Assembly: GCF_000711225.1 (NCBI RefSeq) | Contig: NZ_JOMG01000001.1 | Span: forward strand, 292,855-356,854 | Length of the DNA stretch: 64,000 nt | From: Pelobacter seleniigenes DSM 18267 | Lineage (GTDB): Bacteria; Desulfobacterota; Desulfuromonadia; Desulfuromonadales; Geopsychrobacteraceae | Direction: 5' to 3' | Part shown: in pieces, positions 39,836 to 49,234 of the stretch | Position numbering within the stretch: the first letter of the stretch is position 1 | How the letters are laid out: every line of letters begins with the position of its first letter | Made by a program: the position numbers and the translations under genes | The notes under the pieces: model-generated | Seen by the model: the letters and a program-made list of their open reading frames with translations, nothing else | Databases searched by the model: none | Told to the model about the DNA's origin: nothing

Positions 39836-41316
39836 AGAACCTCCGCAAGCGTCTCCCGCATGCCTTTGCCGGTCATGCTGACGATAAAGGCGGCCACCTG
39901 TTCGAGCAGGCCATCGACCTTCAACAGTTCGGCTTCCCAGTGCTGATCAAGGCTCAACACCCGTTTGGCAATGGCCGTTGCGGTAGCGAGGTCGACCGCG
40001 CCCATGCCGGCTTCGCCCCAAAGCTCCCGGTACATGTCCAAAAACGGCTGATCGTCCTTGGTCGGGTAGCTGGCGCCATTCAGTTCACCGCGGTAAAAGC
40101 AGATCAGGGCCGCCATGGCCAGGCTCATTAGCGGCGGAACCGTGCCGTTGTCCTGACTGTAGCGCAGCAGCTGCGGTAACAGCCGGGTACGGAACTTGGT
40201 CATGGAATTCAACGAGATATCAAGCAGTTTGTGTTTGATAAAGGGGTTCTTGAAACGCCCGATAACACTATCGGCAAAGGGTTTCAGTTCCTCCACTGGC
40301 AACGGCAGGCAGGGAATAATCTCTCTATCGAGCAACTGCGACAGATAATTTTCCAACTGGGGATCGCTGGTGGCGTCCTTGACGAACTCAATGCCGCATA
40401 GCCAGGCCACCGGCGTCAGGGCGGTGTGACAACCGTTGAGAATGCCGACCTTGCGTTGTTTGTAAGGTTTGAGATCGTCGATTATCTCGACATGCAGACC
40501 GCTGCCAGCCAGCTTGAGCTCCTCCCCGACCCACTGGGGAGCCTGAATGACGAACAGATGGAAGTATTCACCAGTCACCATAAAACGATCATGGTAGCCC
40601 AGCTCCTGCTCCAGTTCGGCCACTTCATCACGCGGATAGCCGGTGACGATGCGGTCGACCAGGGTCGAGCAGAAGGTGTTGGCCTCTTCCAACCAGCTGG
40701 TAAAAGCGGCGGACAGGTTCCAGAGTTTGGCATACCTGAGCACATACTCCTTCAGCAGTTCACCGTTGTAATCGAGCAGTTCACAGGGGAAAAGGATGAA
40801 GCCCTTGTCCTTGGCACCGCCAAAAGCCTCAAACCGCTCATACAGCAGCCGGGTCAGCTTGGCCGGATAGGTCGCCGGCGGGGTGTCTTCGAAACGGTCC
40901 TGATCGCTGTAGGCGATCCCTGCTTCGGTCGTATTGCTGAAAATGAAGCGCAGTTCGGGGTTATGCGCCAGCTGTAGAAATTCGGCGTATTCGCGATAAA
41001 TGGAAATCTCGCGGGTGACGCTGGAGACGATGCGCTTTTCGTTGCGCAGCTGGTTGTCCTCATCATAACCGCGCAACAAAGTGGTGTAGAGCCCGTCCTG
41101 CACGTTGAGCGACGGCGGCAGTTCGCTATCGATGGGCCGGGCGACAACAATCCCGGCGTTGAGGCCGTGTTTTTCATTGAGGATATCCACCTGCCAGCCG
41201 ATAAAGCAACGCAGGAAATTCCCTTCACCGATTTGCAGAATCCGCTCCGGGTAACTCGGCAGATCCATCAAACTTCTATTCAAGTCATTCATGTGGATAT
41301 CCTCTCTTTTGGGCAA
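39832..41316 (-). CDS. uxaB: tagaturonate reductase / altronate oxidoreductase (mannitol-dehydrogenase family)
   Basis: N-terminal Rossmann (QIGEGNFLRCF), mannitol-DH C-terminal domain, 4-nt overlap with uxaA. Confidence 0.8.
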   Translation of the reverse strand: MPKREDIHMNDLNRSLMDLPSYPERILQIGEGNFLRCFIGWQVDILNEKHGLNAGIVVARPIDSELPPSLNVQDGLYTTLLRGYDEDNQLRNEKRIVSSVTREISIYREYAEFLQLAHNPELRFIFSNTTEAGIAYSDQDRFEDTPPATYPAKLTRLLYERFEAFGGAKDKGFILFPCELLDYNGELLKEYVLRYAKLWNLSAAFTSWLEEANTFCSTLVDRIVTGYPRDEVAELEQELGYHDRFMVTGEYFHLFVIQAPQWVGEELKLAGSGLHVEIIDDLKPYKQRKVGILNGCHTALTPVAWLCGIEFVKDATSDPQLENYLSQLLDREIIPCLPLPVEELKPFADSVIGRFKNPFIKHKLLDISLNSMTKFRTRLLPQLLRYSQDNGTVPPLMSLAMAALICFYRGELNGASYPTKDDQPFLDMYRELWGEAGMGAVDLATATAIAKRVLSLDQHWEAELLKVDGLLEQVAAFIVSMTGKGMRETLAEVL

Positions 41317-41627
41317 TTTTAGTCGAAAGACACAAGAATTTTTGTGATTGCAGCCGGATTATCACTCCCACAAAAGCCGCCCTTTTTGATGGGCACCAAA
41401 ATCTGAGTAGCTTTTATCTCCGGTTTCTCTAAATTCCACTTAAGACTAAAACAACCTGGTGTGTCGATAACAAAAGCATGCATCTGCCAAACTCTTCCCA
41501 ATTCAGTTAACAGGGATTTCTCCCCTTTCATGTAAAACACTCTTCGAGGGACCTGCTACTTAATATCGAATTTGTCAAACAAACCTCCCCCAAAGATTTC
41601 GACCTGGCAATCTTAGGAAGATCAACA

Positions 41628-41668
41628 TTGTCTGTCAATTAAAAAACCAACACTAAATTGACAGACAA
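41628..41668. promoter_or_regulatory. perfect 13-bp inverted repeat with 15-bp spacer (TTGTCTGTCAATT-N15-AATTGACAGACAA) upstream of the Hsp70-like gene
   Basis: Read directly in the AT-rich 530-bp spacer 180 bp upstream of the 41848 ORF. Confidence 0.35.
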
Positions 41669-41847
41669 AAAACATATTATCCCAAAAAAATCATCACCAA
41701 ACGCGCCAATCCTGCGTGGAAAGCTGTCTTGGGGGGCATTTTTCTTGGAGTGGATGTGAGATTACTAAGTTATTGTCTGATAATTATCGGTAAAGACAAT
41801 CAATACAAAACCACCAGCCAGGACCAGGCGAAACACTGTCTTAGCTA

Positions 41848-43281
41848 TTGTCAGATTATAATGGCCAAGGTTGCCAGAGGGGAGCCAGACACACGAATAA
41901 ACAATCCGCAGCAAGGGACAGAGCGAGATTTTTTACCTCAGAGCTTGATTTTGATCAGCAATATCGTCTAGAACCTTCATTTCCGTTACAGTGCAGGAGC
42001 AGGACATTGCAGATCGTATTCGCTATCGACTTCGGAACCAGTAATTCAGCCCTTTCGGTCTATCGCAACGGCCAGGTTGAGCTCGTCAATGTCGATGCCG
42101 GCAGCAAAACCGCCGGGTTGATGCGTTCAGTGCTCTATTTCAATGAAGACCGTGAGATCTTCACCGGAACCGAAGCGATCAACCAATATGTCGAAGAGGG
42201 TGGCAGCGGCCGCTTTATGCAGTCGATCAAAACCTTTCTGCCCAGCAGCAACTTCAGTGGCACGGACATTTTCGGTAAACGCTATGCCATCGACGACCTG
42301 ATCGCTATCCTCCTTAAAGAGCTAAAAGCAAAAGGTGAAGAACATGTCGGCTGCCAGGTTGACAGTGTTGTTCTTGGCCGCCCGGTGGTTTTCTCGGAAG
42401 ACAGCAGCAAAGATGCCGCCGCGGAAAAATATTTGGAAAAAGCCGCCCGTAAAGCTGGCTTCAAAAACATCTGCTTCCAGTATGAGCCCGTCGCTGCGGC
42501 ACAGGCCTACAAGGACAGCCTTCAGCCAGGCCACGAAAAGATCGTCTTTATCGGTGATTTCGGTGGCGGGACATCCGACTTTTCTGTGCTCCGGGTTAAC
42601 GGAAATTCAGCCGGAAAAAAAGACGGCCACAGTGAAGTTCTTGGCCTTGGTGGGGTTTATATTGCCGGGGACAAATTGGATTCACAGGTCATGTGGGATA
42701 AGGTCGCTCATCATTTTGGCCGGAACGCCAGATACAAAGCGTTTGCCACCGAGCAGTGGACAGAAATCCCGGACAGCCTGATCTACACTCTGAGTCAGTG
42801 GCACCGTATTCCGCTGCTGCGCACTCGCCAGAACCGGGAGCTGATCCGCGTTATCAAGCGCAGCACCGACAACCCGCAAGCGATTCAGAATCTGGAAAAC
42901 ATCATTGAGGAGAACTTCGGCTTCGCCCTGTTCCAGGCCATCGAACAGGCCAAGTGCGATCTTTCCAGTGCTACGCAAACCAACATCCGTTTCAACGAAA
43001 CCGATCTGGAACTGGACGAAGCTCTGAGCAAAAGCGAATTTGAACAACTCAATCACAACAACTTCAAAAAGATCGAAGACTGCATCGACGAGGTCTTCAG
43101 CCAGTGCGGCTTAAACGCTGCGCAGATCGATACCGTCTCCCTGACCGGCGGCACCTCAAAGATCCCCTACATCCAAAAGCTTTTCACCAACCGTTTCGGC
43201 TCAGACAAAACCATAAACCGAAACGCCTTCACCAGTGTCGCTCATGGTTTGGCTCTTAGCGTACCGCTGCTGATTTCCTAG
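41848..43281 (+). CDS. Hsp70-family actin-like ATPase, YegD-type putative chaperone
   Basis: Phosphate-1 (AIDFGTSNSALSV), phosphate-2 (IGDFGGGTSDFSVL), VLGRPVVF..., FQYEPVAAA, C-terminal SLTGGTSKIPYIQ. No substrate-binding domain, as in E. coli YegD. True start may be TTG 42007. Confidence 0.75.
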   Translation: MSDYNGQGCQRGARHTNKQSAARDRARFFTSELDFDQQYRLEPSFPLQCRSRTLQIVFAIDFGTSNSALSVYRNGQVELVNVDAGSKTAGLMRSVLYFNEDREIFTGTEAINQYVEEGGSGRFMQSIKTFLPSSNFSGTDIFGKRYAIDDLIAILLKELKAKGEEHVGCQVDSVVLGRPVVFSEDSSKDAAAEKYLEKAARKAGFKNICFQYEPVAAAQAYKDSLQPGHEKIVFIGDFGGGTSDFSVLRVNGNSAGKKDGHSEVLGLGGVYIAGDKLDSQVMWDKVAHHFGRNARYKAFATEQWTEIPDSLIYTLSQWHRIPLLRTRQNRELIRVIKRSTDNPQAIQNLENIIEENFGFALFQAIEQAKCDLSSATQTNIRFNETDLELDEALSKSEFEQLNHNNFKKIEDCIDEVFSQCGLNAAQIDTVSLTGGTSKIPYIQKLFTNRFGSDKTINRNAFTSVAHGLALSVPLLIS

Positions 43282-43612
43282 CCGTTAGGAACAGAGCTAT
43301 TCATGTTCCGTCAGAGAAAGGTAGTGCCCAGCCGTGACTTTTCCAGCAGTCACATTCAACTGCGTTTTCGTTGAGCACATCAATCTTCAACTTTCCGCCA
43401 AACCTCCTTCCCGCTGATGGACGACTCCACGGAGACTGAAACCATCGACCATAGCAAGATAAAATCTGTGCAATGAAACTTTTCTATGATATTGAATTTA
43501 AGCAGAGGGACTTCATTCGTGAAAGAAACAGGACAAGACTCAAAATTCTCTCTACTTACTCTCTAATCCTGATCGATATATCTAGCTTTAATAGTTAAGA
43601 AAATATACATTC

Positions 43613-45157
43613 ATGCCCGAATTACACATAAATAGTCTACCATCGTTCGCTATCCTTCTTCTTATTATTGCCGGTTTTGAGGTTTTCTTTACAGCCCTGG
43701 CATTCCATCATCGTAGAGCGGTTGGGGGTCGTTCTTTTTTGTTTCTGATGCTGGCAATGATTGTCTATACAGTGGGGTATGCTTTTGAAATAGCTTCAGC
43801 AGATCTACAAACAGCCCTGTTTTTTTCCGATATTCAATATCTTGGCATACCATTTATTCCATTTTTCCTCTATTCTCTTATCAGGAAATATCTGACCAAC
43901 ACAAATACTATTCCCTTAAAATTAACAGCCTCCCTCCTTATCATACCTATATGCACTTTCTTCATGCATTTAACGACTTTTAAGAACAATCTTTTTTATG
44001 TTAATCCAAGCCTTATCTTTCATGAAGGAAACTCTATCCTTCTGTTTAAAAAAGGACCATGGTATTACGTCGATTCAGCATATACTATAATTCTTGTTCT
44101 CATGTCCTTGGCTTATAGCATTTTCCGTTTTATAAAAAATAAAAAGTATAGAAACAATATTTCACTAATCATTTTAGCAACAGCTTTTCCATTTTTTGGA
44201 TACATCTTATATCTTTTAGAATTAGCACCTACAAACTTTGACATCAACCCACTAGCGTTTGGTGCATCATGCCCTCTTTTAGCTATAGCAATCTTCCAGC
44301 TATCTCTCTTTGAAATTGTTCCTGTTGCAAGAGACCATATTTTTGAAAATTTTGATCAAGGGATTATAGTAACAAATTCAGAAAATAAGCTTGTCGATTA
44401 CAACAAATCCATACAATCAATTTTTCCAGAAATTGAAAAATATCGCATAGGATCTGATATTAACCATATTCCTCTACAAAATAGAGAACGACAAACAAGT
44501 CTTTATAGACTTCTCAATGAAGAAAAGACATTCATTGTCAAAAAGAATGAAGAAGATCATTATTACAATATAAGAAAAAATATCATATCTGACACAAATA
44601 AATCTTACGGAGGGATAATTTATATTCTTTCCGACATAACAGAGGAGAAGAAACTCGAGAAGCAACTTCATGCTATGGCCACGACCGATTCGCTAACTGG
44701 CATAGAAAACAGGCGAAACATTCTTGAGATTGGAGAAAAAGCACTTGAATATGCCACAAGATACAAGCGAGAGCTGAGTATTATCATCTTTGATATCGAT
44801 CATTACAAAAAAATAAATGACACCTGGGGACATCAGGCCGGCGATAGCGTGTTGATTGAAATAACTCGACTCTGCAGACGTCAAATTCGTGAAAGCGACT
44901 CTTTGGGACGCTACGGTGGTGACGAATTTATTCTTATTCTACCGGAATCTTCCCATCCAACAGCCCTGGTTGTCGCCGAAAAGCTACGTAGCGCAATCGC
45001 GGAAACGACCATCTCTCTGGAAAAATGCAAAATCACTGTGACCGCAAGTTTCGGAATCGCGACCCTGAATAAGGGCGAGACCTTCACTGATCTTTTTAAT
45101 CGCGCTGACCAACGATTATATCAAGTCAAAAAATCGGGGAGGAACCGCGTCTACTAG
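43613..45157 (+). CDS. membrane-sensor diguanylate cyclase (multi-TM N-terminus + GGDEF)
   Basis: ~8 TM helices, then PAS-like segment, then GGDEF (RYGGDEF, DHYKKINDTWGHQAGD). Coding region ~38% GC, atypical for this genome. Confidence 0.8.
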   Translation: MPELHINSLPSFAILLLIIAGFEVFFTALAFHHRRAVGGRSFLFLMLAMIVYTVGYAFEIASADLQTALFFSDIQYLGIPFIPFFLYSLIRKYLTNTNTIPLKLTASLLIIPICTFFMHLTTFKNNLFYVNPSLIFHEGNSILLFKKGPWYYVDSAYTIILVLMSLAYSIFRFIKNKKYRNNISLIILATAFPFFGYILYLLELAPTNFDINPLAFGASCPLLAIAIFQLSLFEIVPVARDHIFENFDQGIIVTNSENKLVDYNKSIQSIFPEIEKYRIGSDINHIPLQNRERQTSLYRLLNEEKTFIVKKNEEDHYYNIRKNIISDTNKSYGGIIYILSDITEEKKLEKQLHAMATTDSLTGIENRRNILEIGEKALEYATRYKRELSIIIFDIDHYKKINDTWGHQAGDSVLIEITRLCRRQIRESDSLGRYGGDEFILILPESSHPTALVVAEKLRSAIAETTISLEKCKITVTASFGIATLNKGETFTDLFNRADQRLYQVKKSGRNRVY

Positions 45158-45310
45158 CAGGTTGTTGAAAAAGTCCATCCTTAGCCTTTTTCAAGCCCGG
45201 TGGAGAAAAGTGCGATTTTCTCCACCTTACAAAATCAATGACTTACAAGGCCGCCATTGATTTTGATCGCCCGTCCATGGGCTCATCAGGCTGTTTTTCA
45301 ACAGCCTGCT
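45157..45310 (+). repeat. MITE-like element family A, copy 2
   Basis: TIRs CAGGTTGTTGAAAAAG ... CTGTTTTTCAACAGCCTGC with internal ATTGATTTTGATCGCCC box. Begins at the last base of the GGDEF gene stop codon. Confidence 0.55.
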
Positions 45311-45585
45311 GATATGGCTGACAATTACAAGAGTAAACGCACTGCTCCTTGAAAACTGTGGTTAAATCTCTGTCACGAAAAAACGGGGCCGCTTTTTACG
45401 ACGGTAGATCACGCTGATATTCGCGGGTTGGTTACCGCCTGTCTTGGCTACGTCGTGGAGCTGCCTCTCGCTAGAGCCGGGAGTTCGGCAAATGCCTGAT
45501 CCCATAACAGGCCCGAGGATTCTCCGTTACCGGGACCGCGCTTTTTCACGACAGAAGCTGGTTCCGTTGTTCCTTGACTCCTTCG

Positions 45586-46695
45586 CTATGCCGGGCGTGG
45601 CACCGTTTGGGCGATGGCCCAGATAAATGCTGATAACTCACGGGCGATGGCCGCAATGACCACCTGACTGCGTTTCCCCTTGGCGGTCAGCAGTCGATAG
45701 CGGGAGCAGAGCCTCAATTGTGCTTTCCAGGCGATCTCCCAAACAGCCTGCGGTAGGTGCCTCTGCCGTTCAAGCAGCCGACGACTGACCCGAGCCGGAA
45801 GTCGATACGACCAAGCCGCTTCGACCAGCATGCGCCGGGCATGTCCGTTCCCGGTTTTGGTGATCCCGCCACGCTTGACCGTCTCGCCGCTGGAGTGTTC
45901 CGAGGGAACCAATCCCAGGTACGCCATGAGCTGTCGAGGATGATCAAAGCGGGTCAGGTCTCCCAATTCGGCAACCGTTGTTGTCGCAACAATCAGGGAG
46001 ACGCCTCGCAGGGCCTGAATCGCCTCGACGACAGGATTCATGCGCCACTGCTCGGCAAGTTGGCGAATCTGTTCGGTCATGCGTTCAACTCGTTCTGTGC
46101 AGGAACGTACGGCATCAATATATTCCTGCAAGGTGATCTGCTGGGCCGGGTGCGGCATCTTGATGCAAGAGATCCAGTTCCAGTGAGCCTTGCTCCAGGG
46201 TGTTTTCCCGCTGTAGCGGAACCCGCTGCGCAGGAGAAAGGCCCCCAGTTGTTGGCGCGCTTTGCGTTCAGCACTTTTGCTGTCGATGCGGGCTCTGCAC
46301 AAGTCGCGCATCGCCTCATCTTCGAGACAAGGGACATAGACCGGAGTCAGTTCTCCAGCACGATGCAGCCGCGCCAGCATCTCAGCGTCGCGGCGATCAT
46401 TCTTGATGCGGTCGCCGCTTTTTCGCGGAATCAGCGATGGGGCAACCACCTTGCAATCGTATCCTTGCTGTGTCAGATGCCGATAGATTTCATAGCCACA
46501 GGGTCCGGCCTCGTAAACAAAGGAGGGTCTGGTTCCCCGTGAGACCAGTTTACGGATCACCTTGTCCAGTGAGGCAAGATCTCCGTTAATGGTGCCGTAA
46601 TAGCGGATCTCACTCTCGCGGCCAGCATCGGCTAACGCGACATCGATCGAGTTTTTATGAACATCGAAACCAACATAAGTGATAGACTTTGTCAT
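45586..46695 (-). CDS. IS110-family transposase/recombinase
   Basis: N-terminal DEDD RuvC-like domain (YVGFDVHKNSIDVA...VYEAGPCGY), C-terminal Tnp domain (GVSLIVATTTVAELGDLTRF...GITKTGNGHARR). Confidence 0.9.
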   Translation of the reverse strand: MTKSITYVGFDVHKNSIDVALADAGRESEIRYYGTINGDLASLDKVIRKLVSRGTRPSFVYEAGPCGYEIYRHLTQQGYDCKVVAPSLIPRKSGDRIKNDRRDAEMLARLHRAGELTPVYVPCLEDEAMRDLCRARIDSKSAERKARQQLGAFLLRSGFRYSGKTPWSKAHWNWISCIKMPHPAQQITLQEYIDAVRSCTERVERMTEQIRQLAEQWRMNPVVEAIQALRGVSLIVATTTVAELGDLTRFDHPRQLMAYLGLVPSEHSSGETVKRGGITKTGNGHARRMLVEAAWSYRLPARVSRRLLERQRHLPQAVWEIAWKAQLRLCSRYRLLTAKGKRSQVVIAAIARELSAFIWAIAQTVPRPA

Positions 46696-46811
46696 GACCT
46701 GTCTCCTTGGTTATGGCTCTGTGCCGGTTGTTTCAACGACTCCAGCATAACCCATGTTTGCAAGGGGCAGGTCTTCTCTTTTTTAACTGTCAGCCATGAT
46801 GGCTAGTGTCT

Positions 46812-46969
46812 TGTTCGGTTAGTTGTTTGTATAAATTCTGAGTCATTTTTTCTGCTGCCAAGGCGTGCCACCGCAGGCCTGGCCGAAGCCAAGCCGCGAA
46901 GCCAGAACGTAGACAGCAGTAAAAAGGGCCAGGATTGGACTATAGAACTAACCGCACAGGACACTAGGG
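46812..46969 (-). ncRNA. candidate IS110 bridge/seek RNA in the transposase 5' leader
   Basis: Non-coding leader in the position where IS110-group elements encode their guide ncRNA. ~160 bp of it is ~80% identical to an orphan copy at 62203-62358. Confidence 0.3.
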
Positions 46970-47086
46970 ATAATTTGGCCGATTGAAGGCAGATCTGCCC
47001 AAAATAGTCACCCTAAAATTCCATCCAGCTGCCCCAAAGGGTGGCCGGATGGCATAACAGCGGCACAAAATCCAGCGTTGGCTGCG

Positions 47087-48124
47087 TTACCACTGTGTTG
47101 GTTTGGGGTTACGCTGATCGAATCCTTTCTGGTGCCAGTAGGGATAAGTGGGCTCGCGGTGGCTGGCCGCGTCAAGTTTGGCAATATGCGCCTCGTCCAG
47201 TTTCCACCCCAGTGCGCCAAGGTTCTGCTTCAACTGGTCGGCATTGCGCGCGCCTACGACCACATTGCAGACCGTGGGCCGTTGCAAAAGCCAGTTGAGC
47301 GCCACTTGCGGGATGCTTTTGCCGACCTCGGTCGCCACGTCTTGCAGCGCATCGACCACCCTGAACAGGTATTCGTCTTCCACTGACGGACCGCCCGCAG
47401 CGCCACCTTGGGCGATGCGCCCCTCCTTGGGCGGGCTGTTGCGGGTGATTTTACCGGTGAGGCGCCCCCAGCCCAGGGGGCTCCACACCATCAGTCCCAC
47501 GCCCTGGTCAAGCCCCAGCGGCATCAGTTCCCACTCGTAATCGCGTCCCACCAGCGAGTAGTAGCCCTGGTAGACCACATAGCGTGCCAGCCCGCGTTTT
47601 TCAGATATGGCGAGCGACTTCATAAGGTGCCAACCCGAGAAGTTGGAGGCCCCTATGTAGCGCACTTTGCCTGAGGTTATGAGGTTATCAAGTGCGGCCA
47701 AGGTTTCTTCGACTGGGGTTAGAGCGTCGAAGCCGTGCATGAAGTAGATGTCGATATGATCGGTGCCGAGCCGCCTCAGGCTGTCTTCCGCTGCGCGAAT
47801 GATGTGGTAGCGCGACGAGCCGCACTCGTTCGGCCCCTCTCCCATGGGGAAAGTGGTCTTGGTGGAGATGAGCACGTCGTTGCGCCGGTTGCCCACCGCC
47901 TTGCCGAGGATTTCTTCGGCTGCGCCGGTGGAATAGAGATCCGCTGTGTCGAAAAAATTCATGCCGTGCTCAAGGCAGATATCCACCAGTTCTGAGGCTT
48001 CCTTCACGTCGATGTCGCCCCATTTTTTGAAAAATTCGTTATTTCCCCCGAAGGTCCCCGTGCCCAGGCTGAATGCCGGCACCATAAGGCCCGAGTTTCC
48101 AAGTTGACGATATTCCATGGCCAT
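47087..48124 (-). CDS. aldo/keto reductase
   Basis: MAMEYRQLGNSGLMVPAFSLGTGTFGG...FFDTADLYSTGAAEEILGKA (AKR Kv-beta / YajO-like). Start set at M86 of the track ORF. Confidence 0.85.
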   Translation of the reverse strand: MAMEYRQLGNSGLMVPAFSLGTGTFGGNNEFFKKWGDIDVKEASELVDICLEHGMNFFDTADLYSTGAAEEILGKAVGNRRNDVLISTKTTFPMGEGPNECGSSRYHIIRAAEDSLRRLGTDHIDIYFMHGFDALTPVEETLAALDNLITSGKVRYIGASNFSGWHLMKSLAISEKRGLARYVVYQGYYSLVGRDYEWELMPLGLDQGVGLMVWSPLGWGRLTGKITRNSPPKEGRIAQGGAAGGPSVEDEYLFRVVDALQDVATEVGKSIPQVALNWLLQRPTVCNVVVGARNADQLKQNLGALGWKLDEAHIAKLDAASHREPTYPYWHQKGFDQRNPKPTQW

Positions 48125-48464
48125 AATAGCTCCCTTCTTTTTGTTATGTGGATGGATCTTATCCAAGACTATAACCGCACGCGCCGTGCGCGCAAGGGGC
48201 CGCCGGTTGGCCACCATCAGAACAGGAGAAAGGCATTTTTCCGAGGATAAGGTGAGAGAAGGATGAGAGGCGATCGGAGCAGGCCTGACTTTTTCTTTCG
48301 GCAAAGCGCAGATCTTCGTTACGGCCGCGCCCACTTTATCCTGAGAAGGTTTGCTGACAGCCACTGACTCTGCATGCAATTTTTCAGGCTAGCTCCGAAC
48401 GCCCCATCAGCTTCAAAGGACCAGGAAAGGGTATTTATAAATTGCCCCTTTCCTGGTGAGTTAT

Positions 48465-49220
48465 TTAGATAGCCTGGCCGCCTGACGCTTCTATCCGCTG
48501 ACCATTGATCCATCCCGCTTCGTCGTCAAGAATGGCCGCGACAACGCCGCCAATATCATCAGGCAAACCGACCCGGCCTAATGCTGTTATGGCTGCGATT
48601 TGGGCATTTACATCTTTATTATCGCGCACGGCCCCGCCTCTGAAATCTGTCTCGATCGCGCCTGGTGCGAGAGTATTGACCGCAATCCGCCGTGGCCCCA
48701 GTTCTTTGGCCAGATAGAGGGTCAACGCCTCGACCGCCGTTTTCATGATGGCATAAGCCCCATAGCCCGGGTGGATGATGCGGGTCAATCCTGAAGAGAC
48801 ATTCAGAATCCGACCACCATCCGCCATCAGGGGAATCAGTCTTTGAGACAGAAAAAACGGGGCCTTGATGTGCTCATTCATCATTTGCATGAATTGTTCT
48901 TCCGTCGTCTCCATCAAATTCTGATGCAGCCCCGAACCGGCATTATTAATGAGGTAGTCAAATTCGCTCCGGTTAAAGGTGTCCCGCAAAACCATTTTGA
49001 CGGTTTCAGCAAAAGATGAAAATGTTTCCGCTCTGGCTACATCCAATTGCAGTGCGACGGCCCTTTGACCCTTGGCTTTAATCGCCTCGACGACCTCGTC
49101 GGCCGAGGCTTTGTCACGCTGATAAGTCAGGATAATATCCCGGCCTTTTCTGGCCAGGTGTAAAGCCATGCTTCTTCCTAGGCCACGACTGCCACCTGTG
49201 ATTAATGCAAGTTTCGTCAT
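48465..49220 (-). CDS. SDR-family oxidoreductase
   Basis: ITGGSRGLGRSMA, NNAG, catalytic YGAYAIMKT. Confidence 0.85.
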   Translation of the reverse strand: MTKLALITGGSRGLGRSMALHLARKGRDIILTYQRDKASADEVVEAIKAKGQRAVALQLDVARAETFSSFAETVKMVLRDTFNRSEFDYLINNAGSGLHQNLMETTEEQFMQMMNEHIKAPFFLSQRLIPLMADGGRILNVSSGLTRIIHPGYGAYAIMKTAVEALTLYLAKELGPRRIAVNTLAPGAIETDFRGGAVRDNKDVNAQIAAITALGRVGLPDDIGGVVAAILDDEAGWINGQRIEASGGQAI

Positions 49221-49234
49221 TGTCTGTGTCCTTT

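Larger units (their letters stand above)
45400..47000 (-). mobile_element. IS110-family insertion sequence (ends not precisely mappable; this family lacks TIRs)
   Basis: Single DEDD-type transposase ORF with ~270-bp 5' leader and ~180-bp 3' region. Wedged between MITE A copy 2 and the 3' end of an AKR gene. Confidence 0.5.

Noticed and set aside
48127-48464. 340-bp gap between the AKR and SDR genes containing a GCACGCGCCGTGCGCGC palindrome
   Set aside because: Imperfect and GC-only. Could be a regulatory site but the evidence is too weak to call.
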